Below, one piece after another: positions 23,714 through 37,408 of a DNA stretch of 64,000 bases; within the stretch, counting starts at the first letter, position 1; every line of letters starts with the position of its first letter. The notes beneath the pieces are model-generated. The model made no database searches and had not been told where the DNA came from. It worked only from the letters and a program-made list of their open reading frames with translations. Source of the stretch: Hamiltosporidium tvaerminnensis FI-OER-3-3 (taxonomy: Eukaryota; Fungi; Microsporidia); contig JAKIMF020000001.1 of NCBI GenBank assembly GCA_022605425.2, positions 2,108,001 through 2,172,000 of the forward strand, written 5' to 3'. The position numbers were made by a program, and so were the translations under genes.

Positions 23714-24479
23714 ATATTAGAAATAACACTTTAGAATGTTTGAAAGGGACTTGATTTAAACATTCAACAAAAATATAATGATTAATATTTAAATTGTTTT
23801 CGTAAATTTCATTATTTGGATCATGATTTCTCTATCATATAAATTTGGCTCCTTGGACTCACCTGGTTTGTTTACTCAAATTTTTTTGAGTCTTTTATAT
23901 CGGGATTTCTAGCTGCTCTGTAAAGTTTTTTTTACCTATTCCTAATACTTTTTAATTTATTTATTTTCTCTTCTCTTTATGTGATTTTTAATTTTAAGTA
24001 GCTTTGGCTTAATATTTCATTTTCACTCATTTAACTTACCATCTATTTTTATCGCGATTGCTTTACATTTCGTTAAATTTAAAGTATGTGGAGCTTTTCG
24101 TTGGAGAAAAATAACCTTTCTTATATGGCATAATGTATTAGTTGATTCAACAATTGTATAGCCTCCTTGATTCTTTTATTAAGAATATTTTATTTAAAAA
24201 ACTAGCAAATTTATAGTATTACGCGAAGCCAGGTTTTTTAAATGAATTTAAATCAGACTGCTAATATTAGATGAAATAAAGTCATTCAACGTTATTATAT
24301 TCCAATATTGTCGATGTAAAGTAAACGGCCTTAAAAATTTAAATTTCTTACAGAGATATTTAAATTCCGAGTTCAGGCTTAGTACCAAAAAATATTTGCC
24401 CATATAAAAAAATATAAATAAAATTTAAATGATGTAATGAATTTTAAAAAAATTGTTTCACAATAGTTAATACAAATAT

Positions 24480-25870
24480 TATTTTAAACAAATTATGAAG
24501 TTTCATTTGTGACATCTCCTACTTCTGCCTATCATAATTGGTTGTATAAGATTTTTGAACAAATCATAAGTGTCATATTCTTGATCAGAACCCTATTATT
24601 AAAAATATCTTGCATTTTTAATATCCATTGTAAAGAACTTGAAAGGGTTTATATAGAATTGAGTTCAAAGGCAAAAATTGCTTTTCCAACTCTTGGATTG
24701 CCTGCAAAAATCTATAGAAACATCGACCGGTGAGAAGCCATCTTAAAGGTAGAAACGATGATAAAACTCTCTTTAGACTAATAAAAAAATTTAAAAATAA
24801 ACTACGAATTCGAAGAGGAATTTTCAAAGAAGAAATTAGCGAGAGACCAACTAACTAAATAACTAATGTTACGAAATCGAAACCAGAAAACCACATTCAA
24901 AGTTATATAAGGTTGAAAATAACGAGATAGTAGTGAATAACTCTATAAGATGGTTGAAGAAAGGCCGTGTAAGACCAATTGATGAATCAGTTTTCTGCTA
25001 CATCCATGATGGACATGTAACCTGGAGTGCAGGTGGTGTAAATCAACACAGCCATACCTCTAGAAAAATAGTAGACCATTTAGCAAAGAGATAGCTAAAA
25101 TGCTTAAATAGGACTATACCAGACAACATAATGAAGTGGTACGATGAATACATTTGCTCTGACCGAGTTGATATAATTTTAAGTCTTCAAAACAAATTTA
25201 GTGTCAGTCAATTCCAAAAATTTTTATACGAGTTTTCAAAGCTAAGAGTGACATTAGAATACGAACTGATGCCAAAATTTGGAATAATACACCAAGTTTA
25301 TTCATCTAAGATAAGAGACAGAATAAGATTATTGATTGAAATATGAATCCTCAAAGACACACTTCGAATGGTGGGAAAAAATATGCTTAGAGGGTATGAC
25401 TTATCAGCAAATAAGTTAGGTCTTATTTATAAATTTTATGTTGAGATAGTTCCCTGTGTGATGAACTGGGACAGAATTGTGACAAAGTCTCATAAGACGT
25501 ATTTTAAAAGACTAAAAATGCCTATGAGTATAGAGGTATACATTCAGTTGATAGTAATCAAGAAGATAGTCGAAGAAATTTTCTTTGATCGACCAAGAGT
25601 ATCTGAGTCAGAACCAAATGGCAAATAGAACCGAGAAAAAACATAAGACAATGTTATTAAAGAAACTTATTGCAAAAACAAACGACAATACCTTTATAGC
25701 AAATAGAAAACGGGAAAGACGATGATATAAAAGAGTACTTAAAATGTACTTTGTTCCATATTTTAGCCGACATAATGACAGTGGGCGGGACCGAAAATTA
25801 TTGTAAATGAAAAGTAGGATTTAGAAAAAGTGATAGAAGTGATAGATAATATAGTAGAAAATATTATATA
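24480..25870 (+). mobile_element. Decayed 3' portion of the R4/Dong-like element
   Basis: ORF 25368-25628 (YDLSANKLGLIYKFYVEIVPCVMNWDRIVTK...FFDRPR) matches the RLE region. WLKKGRVRP.DE.VFCYI and DYTRHNEVVR remnants are present. Confidence 0.82.
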
Positions 25871-27989
25871 AAAGAGATATAAATCAGAAAAATCACTAAA
25901 TAAATAAAATATGTAATTTAAATTTAAAAAAAATTTAAAGAATTTATTCAAGTTTTATCAGAATTTATGAAAAAAATCAGTGTTAAAACAAATTAAAAGA
26001 AATTTTTTTTAGTAAAATAAATTTTTTTTGTATCAAATTCAAATCCTATTAAATTTTACTCGGTATCAGGTTATTATAATAAGTAGATTGCCTTTCCTGA
26101 TCAAATTCTGATCCGATTTTTAAAAGAATATTTTGTGTTCAATTTATATCTGATTTGTAAATTATTCTTTAAACTATCTATACACTCAATTCATCTGTAT
26201 TTAATAATGCTGTTAACTTCTTAAAAAATTTTTTATTAGTATATGTTATTTTTTTGTTTCATTTGCATTCTCAGGAAAACACAAAAATTTATATTGAAAT
26301 TCGTATTTCTCTGCTTTTGAAATTCACAATGAATTTACATTCTTCTTAAAAATTAAGAAAAAATTCTGGTTGTTAATACAATAGATTAGACGTATAACTA
26401 TATTATTATTAATAGTTATAAAATACATGTTGTGGGAATTGGTTTTAGTAATATATTAGGTCGAGGAAAGATCGGATTATTTCAACTGAAGATAGAAATA
26501 AATATTATCTTATTTATAGATATTACACTTAGATATATACTATTAAATGAGTAAAAAAATTTATTATACTACACTTTCTTCTCTAAAAGTATTTTTATCT
26601 AATTTTATTTCCCTAACAATTAAAATCTTATATTCCATCCTAATATAATTTCACATTAATTTAATTCATTCTAATAAATTTCTTATAAATTCAATCTTAA
26701 TTTTATTCGATGATTTAATTTCAATCTTATCTAATAGAATGATGCCTGTATGATTACTTTAGCATCCAATTCGTCTACTTTTGGTCCCTAATTTTTATTT
26801 AGAAGTTCTAAATACTAACCAAGTAACTTAAAGATCAAAACAATAGAATTATGTTTCTGTATCAAGAAGATTTTTTTAAATAAATATGATTACGGGTTCC
26901 ATCTTGAATTTTATTACTAGTTTGAACTATTTGTGAATAAATCTTAAAAAAAAATTCTTAATTTCATTTATATCAAATTAAAATAATACTTTAAGTGTAT
27001 AGAATGCTGTATGAGATATATTTCCGATATAATATTATTCTTAGCATCTAATTATGTTTTATTCCACGTGTGGTACCAAAAAATTTTATTGCAAAGATAG
27101 AATAAATTACTAGTATTTTGCAATATATTTTGCTTTTAATTGATTAGTATTTCGTTGTTGCCTGATAGACATCAAACGATTGCATTTACATGTGTTTTTA
27201 ATCTATCAAAGATCTTGGCACGTATTGGAGTGTAAATATAGCAGATAAAACGAAATTTTCGGTTTATAAATTATACTATGATTGCGACTTAATATAACAG
27301 ATGTGTTATAGTGAGAAATCCGAAAAAAAATATTTTTTAAATAAAATATTTAAAATTTAATTATAAAAGTCGGACTTATAATCTCATTCAGTAGCTAATA
27401 ATTTTTAAAATATATATATTCAAATAAAATGTAGGACTTAAATAATCGTGTTTGTTAGCTGATAAGGGTAAAAAAATATCTACATACTAAAATAAAATGT
27501 AAAATTCCTTTTTTTAATTCTCTTCTATCAGATATAAAGTACTATTAAGTTAATATTTTTATTAAATTACGTCTAATTCGAGAAGATATATAATTTTAGC
27601 TATTTACAATCACTCTGCCCGAATACACTTTTTAATTTAAAAAAATAATAGATAAAAGAATAAAAGATTTAAAAATAATTAAGATTAAATAAATCTCTTT
27701 TATTACAAAACGAAAGACATCTTCAATTGATGATTTAAAATAGTCAATTGTTTGTATTTTATTTGAAAATAACAATATAAGATATGATAATAAATGGTAG
27801 ATGATTTTTATTAAAAATTAATTTAATATCTGAGGACTATCATTAAGGAAATTAAAATAAGATCAAAAGATATATTAAAAACCTTTTTTTATCTTGATAC
27901 ACTTTGTTTAAGATAAAGAAAATCAATGCAGATTTATAAACAAACACTCGATTTCAAATCTATATAATAAAAAAAACAATAATAAACAA

Positions 27990-29195
27990 ATGATTGGCAA
28001 AATAAAGAACAGCGGAAATATTAAAAAAATTAATATTTCAGAAGTAACAAAAAATCAGGGACTTGAATCGAGTGAACTGATTGGAATCTTAAATAAAATC
28101 GATGAATCCAAGCAAGATAGTAATGATTTGGGAAATATACATAAAAGTATATTTAGAATCATTAAAAATTCGAAATTGAAGGAGAAAGAAGAAAAGAGTA
28201 TTAAAACTAAAGATGATTTAGAAAAAGCAAATTTATCCTTTCTTGAAAATGTGGCAGTTAAAGTACATGAAATCAATATTTGGAATCATGAAGACAAGAG
28301 ATTCCTGACTTTAAAATATCATATGGAATATAAATTTCCTATAATGATATACAAAAAAAATGAAATTTATTTTAAATCAAAGCTGGTAAATAAACCATCT
28401 CGAGAGAAAAAACAAGAAATTCTTTGTAATAAATTAGAAAACAAGGAAACAAAAGCTAAAGATACTGTAAAATATGATTTACTTAGTGATAAAGAAAAGA
28501 TCAAATTGGCTGGTTTTTGCTTTAAGAAGCTTCGTAAATATAGATCCAGCTTTAAAGATAATATTTTAGAAAAAATTTCAGATATATTCAGATCTTCGTT
28601 CAAGAAAGATTCTTACCATATGAAAAAAGCAAATACATTTGTTTATACCGTTGGTGACCATATTATGGATGAAGGAATCAAAAAAGAGGGATTGTTTAGA
28701 ATTTCCGGTAAATATACCTATTATAAACTTATGCCGGGTGTTTTAGCTGCAGGAAAGAGATATGATTATACTGAGTTATCTGTCCATGACAACGCTTCAA
28801 TTTTCAAAGCATATATTCGGGAGATAATGAATGGGATAATTTCAGTTCAGGTTGCAGAAAGGGTGATGAAAATAATAAAAAACCAGACGGATCCTTCAAT
28901 AATAGAATATATTGTGCCTTTAATAATATTTTCGATTACAAATGAAAATAGAAAGATGCTTATCTATTTACAGAAAATCTTCCGAAAAGTTAATCAGTAT
29001 TCAAAAGATAATAAAATGGGGTCAGATAATCTATATAAAATTTTTACTCCCACTATTTTTCCAAATATTGAATGTTATGATTTGCAATCCATAAATTTGC
29101 AAATTGAGATTGTAAAAAGAATTTTTGAGTCAAATTTAATTGAAATTCCTTGTTTTTTGTATGAAGAAGGACTTTCTGTAGCTAAAAATCAATAA
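27990..29195 (+). CDS. RhoGAP domain protein
   Basis: EGLFRISG arginine finger, VHDNASIFKAYIRE, NKMGSDNLYKIFTPTIF. Confidence 0.85.
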   Translation: MIGKIKNSGNIKKINISEVTKNQGLESSELIGILNKIDESKQDSNDLGNIHKSIFRIIKNSKLKEKEEKSIKTKDDLEKANLSFLENVAVKVHEINIWNHEDKRFLTLKYHMEYKFPIMIYKKNEIYFKSKLVNKPSREKKQEILCNKLENKETKAKDTVKYDLLSDKEKIKLAGFCFKKLRKYRSSFKDNILEKISDIFRSSFKKDSYHMKKANTFVYTVGDHIMDEGIKKEGLFRISGKYTYYKLMPGVLAAGKRYDYTELSVHDNASIFKAYIREIMNGIISVQVAERVMKIIKNQTDPSIIEYIVPLIIFSITNENRKMLIYLQKIFRKVNQYSKDNKMGSDNLYKIFTPTIFPNIECYDLQSINLQIEIVKRIFESNLIEIPCFLYEEGLSVAKNQ

Positions 29196-29925
29196 ATCCT
29201 TCATTTTTCCACTTTTAATGTTTTTATTTTCTTTTTTAAATATATTTGAATATATTTTTAGAATTATTCAAAGAAAACTGCAGCATCATCTATTTCTATA
29301 AGAAACCAACACAAAGAATATAAATAATTTTTATTTGATTATTAAAACTTCATTTCAATTCTATATATCCAATAGAATTACTTAAATATTCCTTTTAATA
29401 TATGAAAGAAAATAAAAAATATCTAATAAGCATGAATAGTATGTTAGCTAATTAAATAATACATTTGTCAATCACTAATAAAAAATATTTTTGCATGAAT
29501 GATTTGAAAAGGCTTGATTAATTATAGTAAATTGGACTTCTAAAAACCATTTTAATTTTTTTTAATAGCTATTCGATTCTTTACCAAGACTAGTGAGCCA
29601 TGAAGTAAATCTTTTAAATACATATACTGAAGTTTTTAAAAGATTATTTGAAAGCTGCCATTATTAGAAGTATAAATGAATGTAAAGAAAACAAGTTTCA
29701 AGTTATTCTTTTCTTTAAAACATTCTTAATGATTTTAAGTAGGAATTAATATTAAAATGAAGAGATTGCAAAAATCGAAACCTAGGGTTATATATATTTA
29801 AAAAAAGAAATCAAATTAAATACTTCTATCGCACTTAGAATAATAATCCCCCATATTTTTCGTTTTACAAAGCGGAAACTAGCTTAATTAAAATTTATCT
29901 TTTATAACCAATTATAGAATTGCGC

Positions 29926-30154
29926 CAATGATTTAGTGGTGGGGATATTGGAATTTAATCCAGAAATGTCGGATTAGATCCTCGGTTGATGCACTTATTA
30001 TCCTACGTTCGGAAAGTTTGCGTGCGACTGGCAAGCTAGCCAATCAAAATAAAATTGTCTTTAGAACGCCTTTAACTTGGCGAAGTTCTGATTCATAGTT
30101 GGATTGTGTTTTATTCGTAGGGAATGAGCAAGCTATTAAATAAATAAATTATTG
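29926..30154 (+). ncRNA. Candidate structured ncRNA, possibly RNase P (or MRP) RNA
   Basis: Relatively GC-rich island. GGAAAGTTTGC (30011-30021) can pair with GCAAGCT (30128-30134) like P4. AGTTGGAT (30097-30104) fits CR-IV AGNNNNAU. Termini caatgattta/taaattattg are complementary, and there are internal hairpins. P2 was not convincingly found. Confidence 0.4.
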
Positions 30155-30829
30155 AACTACTTAAATAATTAGAAATAAAAATTCTATTACATGATTTAAT
30201 AATTTTTATTCCTAAAAGAAAAGGATATAGTGTTATTGTTTTGTCTTATACCCGATGAAAGTATAAATTTAAAATTTAATTCTCAAATGGTATTTATTTG
30301 ATTTTTATCCTCCCAAAAAATTAATATAGAATTATCAATCATCATATATAGTTTAAAGAATAAAAAACATCATAACATGCTAGGCATATAAGAAAAAATA
30401 AACTTAAATAAGTTCTAAAAAATATACTTAGAAGGCAAGAATTATTCAACAAGAAAAATAAAAAAAACTTTATCTTATCAGAAAAATTAAATGAAAACCT
30501 AAAATAGCGGGTATATAAATACAATAGTAAACATTCAGATTTAAATAATAAGCGAAATAATCTCTTATGCACTGCAATTTGTACATTTGCTATCCCACTG
30601 CGAAAAAAACCTCAAGAGTTCAGTATTTTAGAAAGATCTTTTCCATCCTCTTTTTGGATACTTTAACCTGTTCCATCTCGAAAATTTGTCTTCCAAGCTT
30701 AGTTAAGAAGATAATTAGCTATATTATTTGTATTATACTTTAAATTATGTATTTGCAAATATGTTTTCATATAAATTTACTGCACAGATTTTTATCAACA
30801 ATGTTTCTATGTGTCGAAATATCTTACAA

Positions 30830-33800
30830 TTCTTTGATATATCACATATAATGGATTTGAAGAAAAATTTGACAGCGAAAATATAAAAAATATAAAATAA
30901 AAGCCGTGAACCACCTGGAAACTGAGTTATAAGAGGTAAAATCAAGAAAGGTAGATGTAGAATCGTAATCCGTGATGCTCTCATCACGACAGATCAATCC
31001 ATAACAATATCCACTAACTATCGAGCATAAATTACCTGGCTATTCCGGTATGCTCACTCGAAACTATACGATCGTATACTTGTCCTGATTCGTAAGCATG
31101 TAGATCAAACAACATCATGTAAAACTTGAATGTAGCTGCTATGCTAAAAAAATCGACTGATAGTATTGCAACCGATACTTGACGTTGTAACAGTCGCAGA
31201 GCAGGAATGCTGTAAATTTACTGTTTAAACAAGGAAACCAAGATTTGAGAGGAAGCACATAATTTTTCACCTGCAATTCTTGGGTACCATTGCTGGAAAT
31301 TGTCGTACTTTTGATATCGATGGGTTAAAAAAATTTACACAAAATCATTGAGAAATAAATAAGACAAAAAGAAAATAGAGAGCGGTGATGAAATGTACGT
31401 GTTTCAAGAACCAATGTTCCTGTACTGTCACCCTACTCTATGTTAACTCAAAATAGAAGTTCTAGTATAAAATTAAGCAACTCTCGGTGAAGGAAAGCGG
31501 AGATGTAGGTGTCTAAGCTAAAAACCTAATGTGAATTGGTTGCCGAAAATATGATGCCTAATTAATCACATTAAATGTGAATATGCTTGATAACACAGTC
31601 CCAAAATTATTAATGATGCAGGCCGAAACATACAGGCATACCATGACGAAGTACCTACATGCTGAAACCGCAAATTAGCTATAGTGAAAAACATAGAAAG
31701 TCAAAATTATATGTTGTATTTTACAAATATCTTTTTGATAAAGGCGGTAGGTAGGAAAAGCTCCTCACTTTAATACGAAAAACTTGTTAAAAATCATGCG
31801 AGAGTTAGTTTTGAACATTGGAAATGTAACTTATCTTTCGGGGGCTTCAGTCAAGAAAAACAAGTCTTTGAATTTCCAGGGCAAAATACGATGTATGGGA
31901 TAACAAGCAAATTCAAAGGAGAATCTTATGTTTTTTTCGTTTAGAAATCAAAAAATCGTTAATTTTCTGAGCTGTAGTCGCTGGTTACTAAATTTTAAAA
32001 TTTTGTCTACAATTTTGAAAAAAATGAAAAAGTAGTTACTTATGATGACTATTTAATAATTTGTGTAGAATACTTATCAGACTACGTTCTTCTTACTGGA
32101 TTCTTTTAGATCTTATAAATAGACTTTCTTACAGAAAATCTTCTAAAATATATGGCATTTACAATTCATCATCAAGAAACCTATAGCTTTTCTAAAATAT
32201 CTTTATTATATTATGAAAGTACATCCATAGAAATTACCTCTCAAGCTGATTGGTGTTATTTGTGGGTTACGCTTTGATTCCAAAAGGAACTCTTCAAAGA
32301 GGCTCTTACTGTAGACTAATTACCTGTATGTCAAGTTTCATAAAGTTTACGACAGATTGGGTAACAAAGCCGTTCAACTTGAAGTTGAGGGAGTAGGGTT
32401 ACTTTCAGATAATCGATTATAGCTATCAAAGATGTGGAAGGACCGAAAGAACAGTCTCTACTGAATATTGCCAATAATAAATAGTATGGATGGAATCTCA
32501 GGGTGATGTTTATTGATGCAGAAAATCTCATGATACAATAGATCATTCTAATTGACTCAATGTATTTAACCCCTTAATTTACCTAATCAATTCTATAACT
32601 TATTAGGTAGGGTATCAATATTAAAATAAAAAATGGATATTTCAATGAGGCCTGAAAGATTCATGAACAAGAAGATGCTTTAATACATCTCGCATAAAGA
32701 TATTTTGTCACATTTATTGATTGTGTTGTGTATGATCTTATTAGGCTAAAATCTTAAAGGATATATATACAAAAGTAACATACAATCAGTAAATGTATGC
32801 AATCTACCAAAAATCTTTTGTTCATAATTTTTTTCCGACTCTTTACTTTAAATTTAAATAAATCGGATCGAATGACGAGAATTGAATACGTTTGATAACA
32901 CTATACGATTCTAGATACACAAAGAGATTCAGTCAACAATAATCTATGTTGTGAAAATATTGCCACTCTTCTAAAAGAAAAATTGTCTTTAAATCCTTAG
33001 CATAAATAAGAATAGAAGAGGAATTCTAGCATCACTGTCATTCGAAGAAGTACATATTAAACTGATAGTACGCGTAGAAATTCTTTTAAATACGAAATTA
33101 AATACAATAAATATATTTCAAGTCATCAAATAATATGCAATTTCTTACTAAACTATGACATAGATGTACTTAGATCTAACCCAGCGACTTATTTAAGTTA
33201 GATAATGCAGTACGTGTCTTGTTAATAAATAACAAAACATATTGACTTCAGGATGTAAATAACATATATAACTACTCCGTTAAGAACTTGGAAGAGGTTT
33301 CGACAGTGCTGAGTTCAAGAGCTAACATATGCTTCTGCAACACTTGAATATCTTCGAAAAATCTAAAAGTAAATTGACCAGAAGAGTAACAATCCTAAAG
33401 GTGGAAAAGGATAATCAAGCATACCTTGCACTTATTAAACTTTTTAAAAATAAAATATGGGTAAGAAAAGGATGTCGCAAAGAAGAATCTAAATGAAGCT
33501 TAACTGGTTTATGTTTATAACGAATTGAAAACCGAAAATTATTTAAGTTATTTAATGCTCGAAACAAGGAGTTAGTAAGTGTAAATGAGCCTTTAAGATG
33601 TTTACTAAAAGAAAGTGTAAGACTATGTGAAGAAGCATTTTCTGCATTTCCGGTATAGAAATGCATTATGGGAAACTGTAGATGTGTGTCAACACCATAA
33701 CACGTCTAGAAATACAGTTAACTAATTAGCAACGAGATGTGAAAAATTTCTGGTCATGACTGCACCAAACTGCACAATTTAGTGATACTATGCACACATT

Positions 33801-34550
33801 ATTTCTACTATTTATATATAGTTTTAATTCTTTAAAAAGACTCACGAGCTACTCAGTTTAAGAAGTCCTTAATAACTAGTATGCAAAGATAATAAACACC
33901 AATTAAAAATAGATTTCAAAATTCGGTACAATAGACCAGATATATTTATTTGGAAAAAGAGGCAGAATAAGATAACCCTCATTGAATTAGGAACTACTAT
34001 TCAAAAGTCGCTTAAAATAGTTCTAGAGAAAAGCCTTAAAAGTATGGCATATTAGCAAAAAAGTTAGGTCTTACTTATAAGAGCTTATAACTACAATAAC
34101 TTAACGGATGGCTTGAGAAGGTATTGCAACAAAATATCACAAAAAATATATTAAAAGATCACAAATACCTATGAATTTAGAGGTATACATCAATAGATAG
34201 TATCCAAGAAGTAAGTTGAAAAAATCACCTTAATCGACGAAGAGGACATGAGTCTGGGCCAGAGGCTTATAAGAATTGGGAGGAACATCATTAGGTGTTA
34301 TTGAAGGAGCTACGATGCATGAATATCACATTCTTTACAGTAAGTGAACAATGAGGAAGATAGTAACAGACAGGATAATAACAACCCCGTTCACCCGCTT
34401 ATTTAAGATGGCGTAACCATAATGAATGAACCGACAATAAACATTATTACAGAGTCGAATTTAAGAAGGAATAATTAATTGGATAAAAGATGGAAAAATA
34501 ATATATTAAGGAGGTAAAATCTTTAACCTAGAATTTTATTGTATAAAATC
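30830..34550 (+). mobile_element. Full-length but heavily decayed fossil copy of the R4/Dong-like element
   Basis: Collinear with the 44553-40823 protein, from atggatttgaagaaaaatttgacagcgaaaatata (MGRRKKVDSENIK-like, ATG 30851) through CPDS, VVTYD, LIPKG, ITCMS, ELGRG, RPDIFI and DRRRG to the 3' end aacctagaattttattgtataaaat. Confidence 0.85.
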
Positions 34551-35104
34551 TGGGTTATTCATGGATAAAAATAACACAAATGATTTCTTAAGCTTATATT
34601 CTATTTTTTTAATTTATTTTAATGGACACTATTACCAACAAGAAAATGCATATGTAAAAGATAACATAAAATACCTTGATTTTTGTTATATTCACTTCCA
34701 GGTTTCATCTTTTACCAGAACACGCACTTTTTTAATACATTTGACCGTTATGTTTTCTGTTTTTTTACAAATTTTGAGAAGATAGTAGAGGTGCTGTAAC
34801 TATGTTACTAGCTTCAATCTAGCTCAATTGGGATACTTTTGTTCTTCCTTTTGTTTAAAATGTCATAAATAGCTTCATAGTAAGCTAAATATACGACATT
34901 AATTAGTATCATTTAAAAAAAACTTTCAAAGAACTTTTAGATTAAAACAAAAAATTAAATACGAAAAACATTTTTATCATTTCTTTTCAGTATAAGATTT
35001 AGAAAAAGTCTCATTGTTTCTTTTAATATAAATATTAATTTAATCAAGAAATTTTCATAAAATATAATAAAACAATATATTTACTTAAAAATACTCCTTA
35101 ACAT

Positions 35105-37408
35105 ATGATACATTGCGTGCACTTGAAGGTAATTATTAAAATTTCAAAAATTTATCTAATACATTTAATTATTTTGCATGCAATAAAGGAAATATTAACA
35201 CAAAATACAATTTTAATACATTTTTATGAAGCTTTAGACAATAGTTTACGCGTAAATAATTCTGATACATCTCATATCTATGAAAGTGAAAAATATTTAA
35301 CATCAGATTTCTTTTCCAACAGAAAGATTTTGAGAACAAAAATAATTGATTTGAATATTTTTTTATTAGAATTTCTAATTGAAGAACAAATTAATCAATA
35401 CGAAATTTATATTTATAACGAATATTTAAGTTATGAATCATTCAACTATTTTTATTATGTAGTAATGAGTTTTCCATGTTCTATTGATAATATGAACAGG
35501 AATAACTATCTTCTGATTCTTAAAATATTGAATATATTTAAATTTAAAATAAATGAGCCATTCCTTTATTTGATTAGATTGGTATTGGTTTCATTGGTTT
35601 TAAATCCATTGGCATTTAAGAGGTCCAAACAGATTTCATTTATAGAAACTGAATATAAATTCAAATCTTTTATATCAAAGATGGTTATCTGCGAACTGTT
35701 TAAATTGTATATGATAACTGAAAAAACACGAAGTAAACTGAAAAATATTTCCGAAGCAGTTATTCTAACAAAAAATTTTAAATTTGAGTTCATAAATTTG
35801 AACGAAGATTTTTTGTATTTAGATCTGGAAATTATAGAAGAAATTCTACTAATCCTCCAAAATTACAAAAAATTTGATGAGATTCTAAATTTTATTCTTT
35901 GTGTTAACAGATTCAGGTGTTTATTTTTATCATATATATCCTATACAGCTGAACTTGAAAGTTTATTTACTTTAACTCTATTTCAAAATATTGATGAAAT
36001 ATTCTTTTTTAGATGTTCAGATACAGATTTATTGGTCGAAAAAATACACCAAAATTTCGATTTTAGAAATATAAAAATTTTAAATATTATTCAATCTAAA
36101 TTTACAATCAAAGATGAAATTTCGTTTTTAAAGACACTTAATGTTGGTGAGCTAAATTATATCCTAAGAACCGATGGGCTGATATCATATTTTCACAATT
36201 CTGATTCGAATTCACCGATTAATAATATATTTTCAACATTTATTGAGGAAATTTATAATGATGTGAATATGTTTAATATTTTTGTAGGCAATACTAATAT
36301 GCCTATTTACGATGAAGAAAAAGGAATTTCGCTTGAACTCTATCAAGACAAAACTAAAATAGAAATGTTAAGAAACTTAGAATTTCAATACCAAACATTT
36401 GCTTATATGGAATTATTTCATTGTTATTTGGCAATATCTTTCTACATTATTAATTCTAGTAAATTCAAAAATATAAAACTTGAATTTACTGATACAGATG
36501 TTAAAGATTTTTGCTTGCGAGAATCCGAAGTATTTAATAACATAACGGAGATCAGGATTACTCATTCTAAAATATATGAGAATTTTTTAGCAAATATTTT
36601 GCTATTTTCATCGCTAAAAACATTAATCATGACACGTTGTACAATTATTTTATCTAAAAACGAGATAAATTTTACTGAAAATTCAAAAATCAAAGCCATT
36701 CATTTGAAAAATATATTGGCTGATGATCAAGATCATTTTTCGCAATTCTTAAGTAATATGATTGCTTTAGAATCACTGGTACTTATTTGTTTTTCTGGAG
36801 ACATAAACCCATTTCTTGCAAAATGTAATCAAAAAATGCCTAAGTTAAATAGTTTAACTGCACTGGATTGTTCGGTTTGTTTTAACCCTGGTGATGATAT
36901 ACCGGATTTTTCGATATTATCACATCTTTATACATTTGATTTTGGCTTTGGCTATCCCGAAGGCACACTTCACAAGATATTTTATGAGAGAAATTTTAAA
37001 GACATGCGATTTTTAAACTTGGACGGAATTAAAATAGGCAGAGAGGATATGTATGCACTAGAAAAGTATACCAATCTTCGTTGTTTGAGATTTTTTAACA
37101 GCTGTAAGATTTCAGAACTGGCTTTTTCACAGCTTTTTGATTCGAATAAAATATATTTCTTAGAAGAATTACAGATTCAGGAAATAGAATTTTCAGATAT
37201 CGATATATTTTTTATTTCAAAGCTTAGATTACTAAAAAAATTATATATTCATAGTTTCATACTCAAAACTAAAATATTTAATTTTCTTGAAATATTCTAT
37301 TATGTTAAAGAAATTGAATTAGCTCGTATATCATTTTCTAAAAATATAATATATGAAGAACTTGGAACAAGGCTTATAAAGTCACCATTCGATCGACATA
37401 TGAACTAA
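35105..37408 (+). CDS. Leucine-rich-repeat-type protein of an expanded lineage-specific family, hydrophobic N-terminus
   Basis: 767-aa intact ORF with LxxLxL repeats (SSLKTLIM, ALESLVL, NLRCLRF, LLKKLYI) and a related pseudogene at 10543. Confidence 0.72.
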   Translation: MIHCVHLKVIIKISKIYLIHLIILHAIKEILTQNTILIHFYEALDNSLRVNNSDTSHIYESEKYLTSDFFSNRKILRTKIIDLNIFLLEFLIEEQINQYEIYIYNEYLSYESFNYFYYVVMSFPCSIDNMNRNNYLLILKILNIFKFKINEPFLYLIRLVLVSLVLNPLAFKRSKQISFIETEYKFKSFISKMVICELFKLYMITEKTRSKLKNISEAVILTKNFKFEFINLNEDFLYLDLEIIEEILLILQNYKKFDEILNFILCVNRFRCLFLSYISYTAELESLFTLTLFQNIDEIFFFRCSDTDLLVEKIHQNFDFRNIKILNIIQSKFTIKDEISFLKTLNVGELNYILRTDGLISYFHNSDSNSPINNIFSTFIEEIYNDVNMFNIFVGNTNMPIYDEEKGISLELYQDKTKIEMLRNLEFQYQTFAYMELFHCYLAISFYIINSSKFKNIKLEFTDTDVKDFCLRESEVFNNITEIRITHSKIYENFLANILLFSSLKTLIMTRCTIILSKNEINFTENSKIKAIHLKNILADDQDHFSQFLSNMIALESLVLICFSGDINPFLAKCNQKMPKLNSLTALDCSVCFNPGDDIPDFSILSHLYTFDFGFGYPEGTLHKIFYERNFKDMRFLNLDGIKIGREDMYALEKYTNLRCLRFFNSCKISELAFSQLFDSNKIYFLEELQIQEIEFSDIDIFFISKLRLLKKLYIHSFILKTKIFNFLEIFYYVKEIELARISFSKNIIYEELGTRLIKSPFDRHMN

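Noticed and set aside
31390-31430. Cys-rich KCTCFKNQCSC motif suggesting a KRBA2/Gypsy-like integrase
   Set aside because: It aligns with IATCLAEPCSLT of the R4-like element and is part of the fossil copy.
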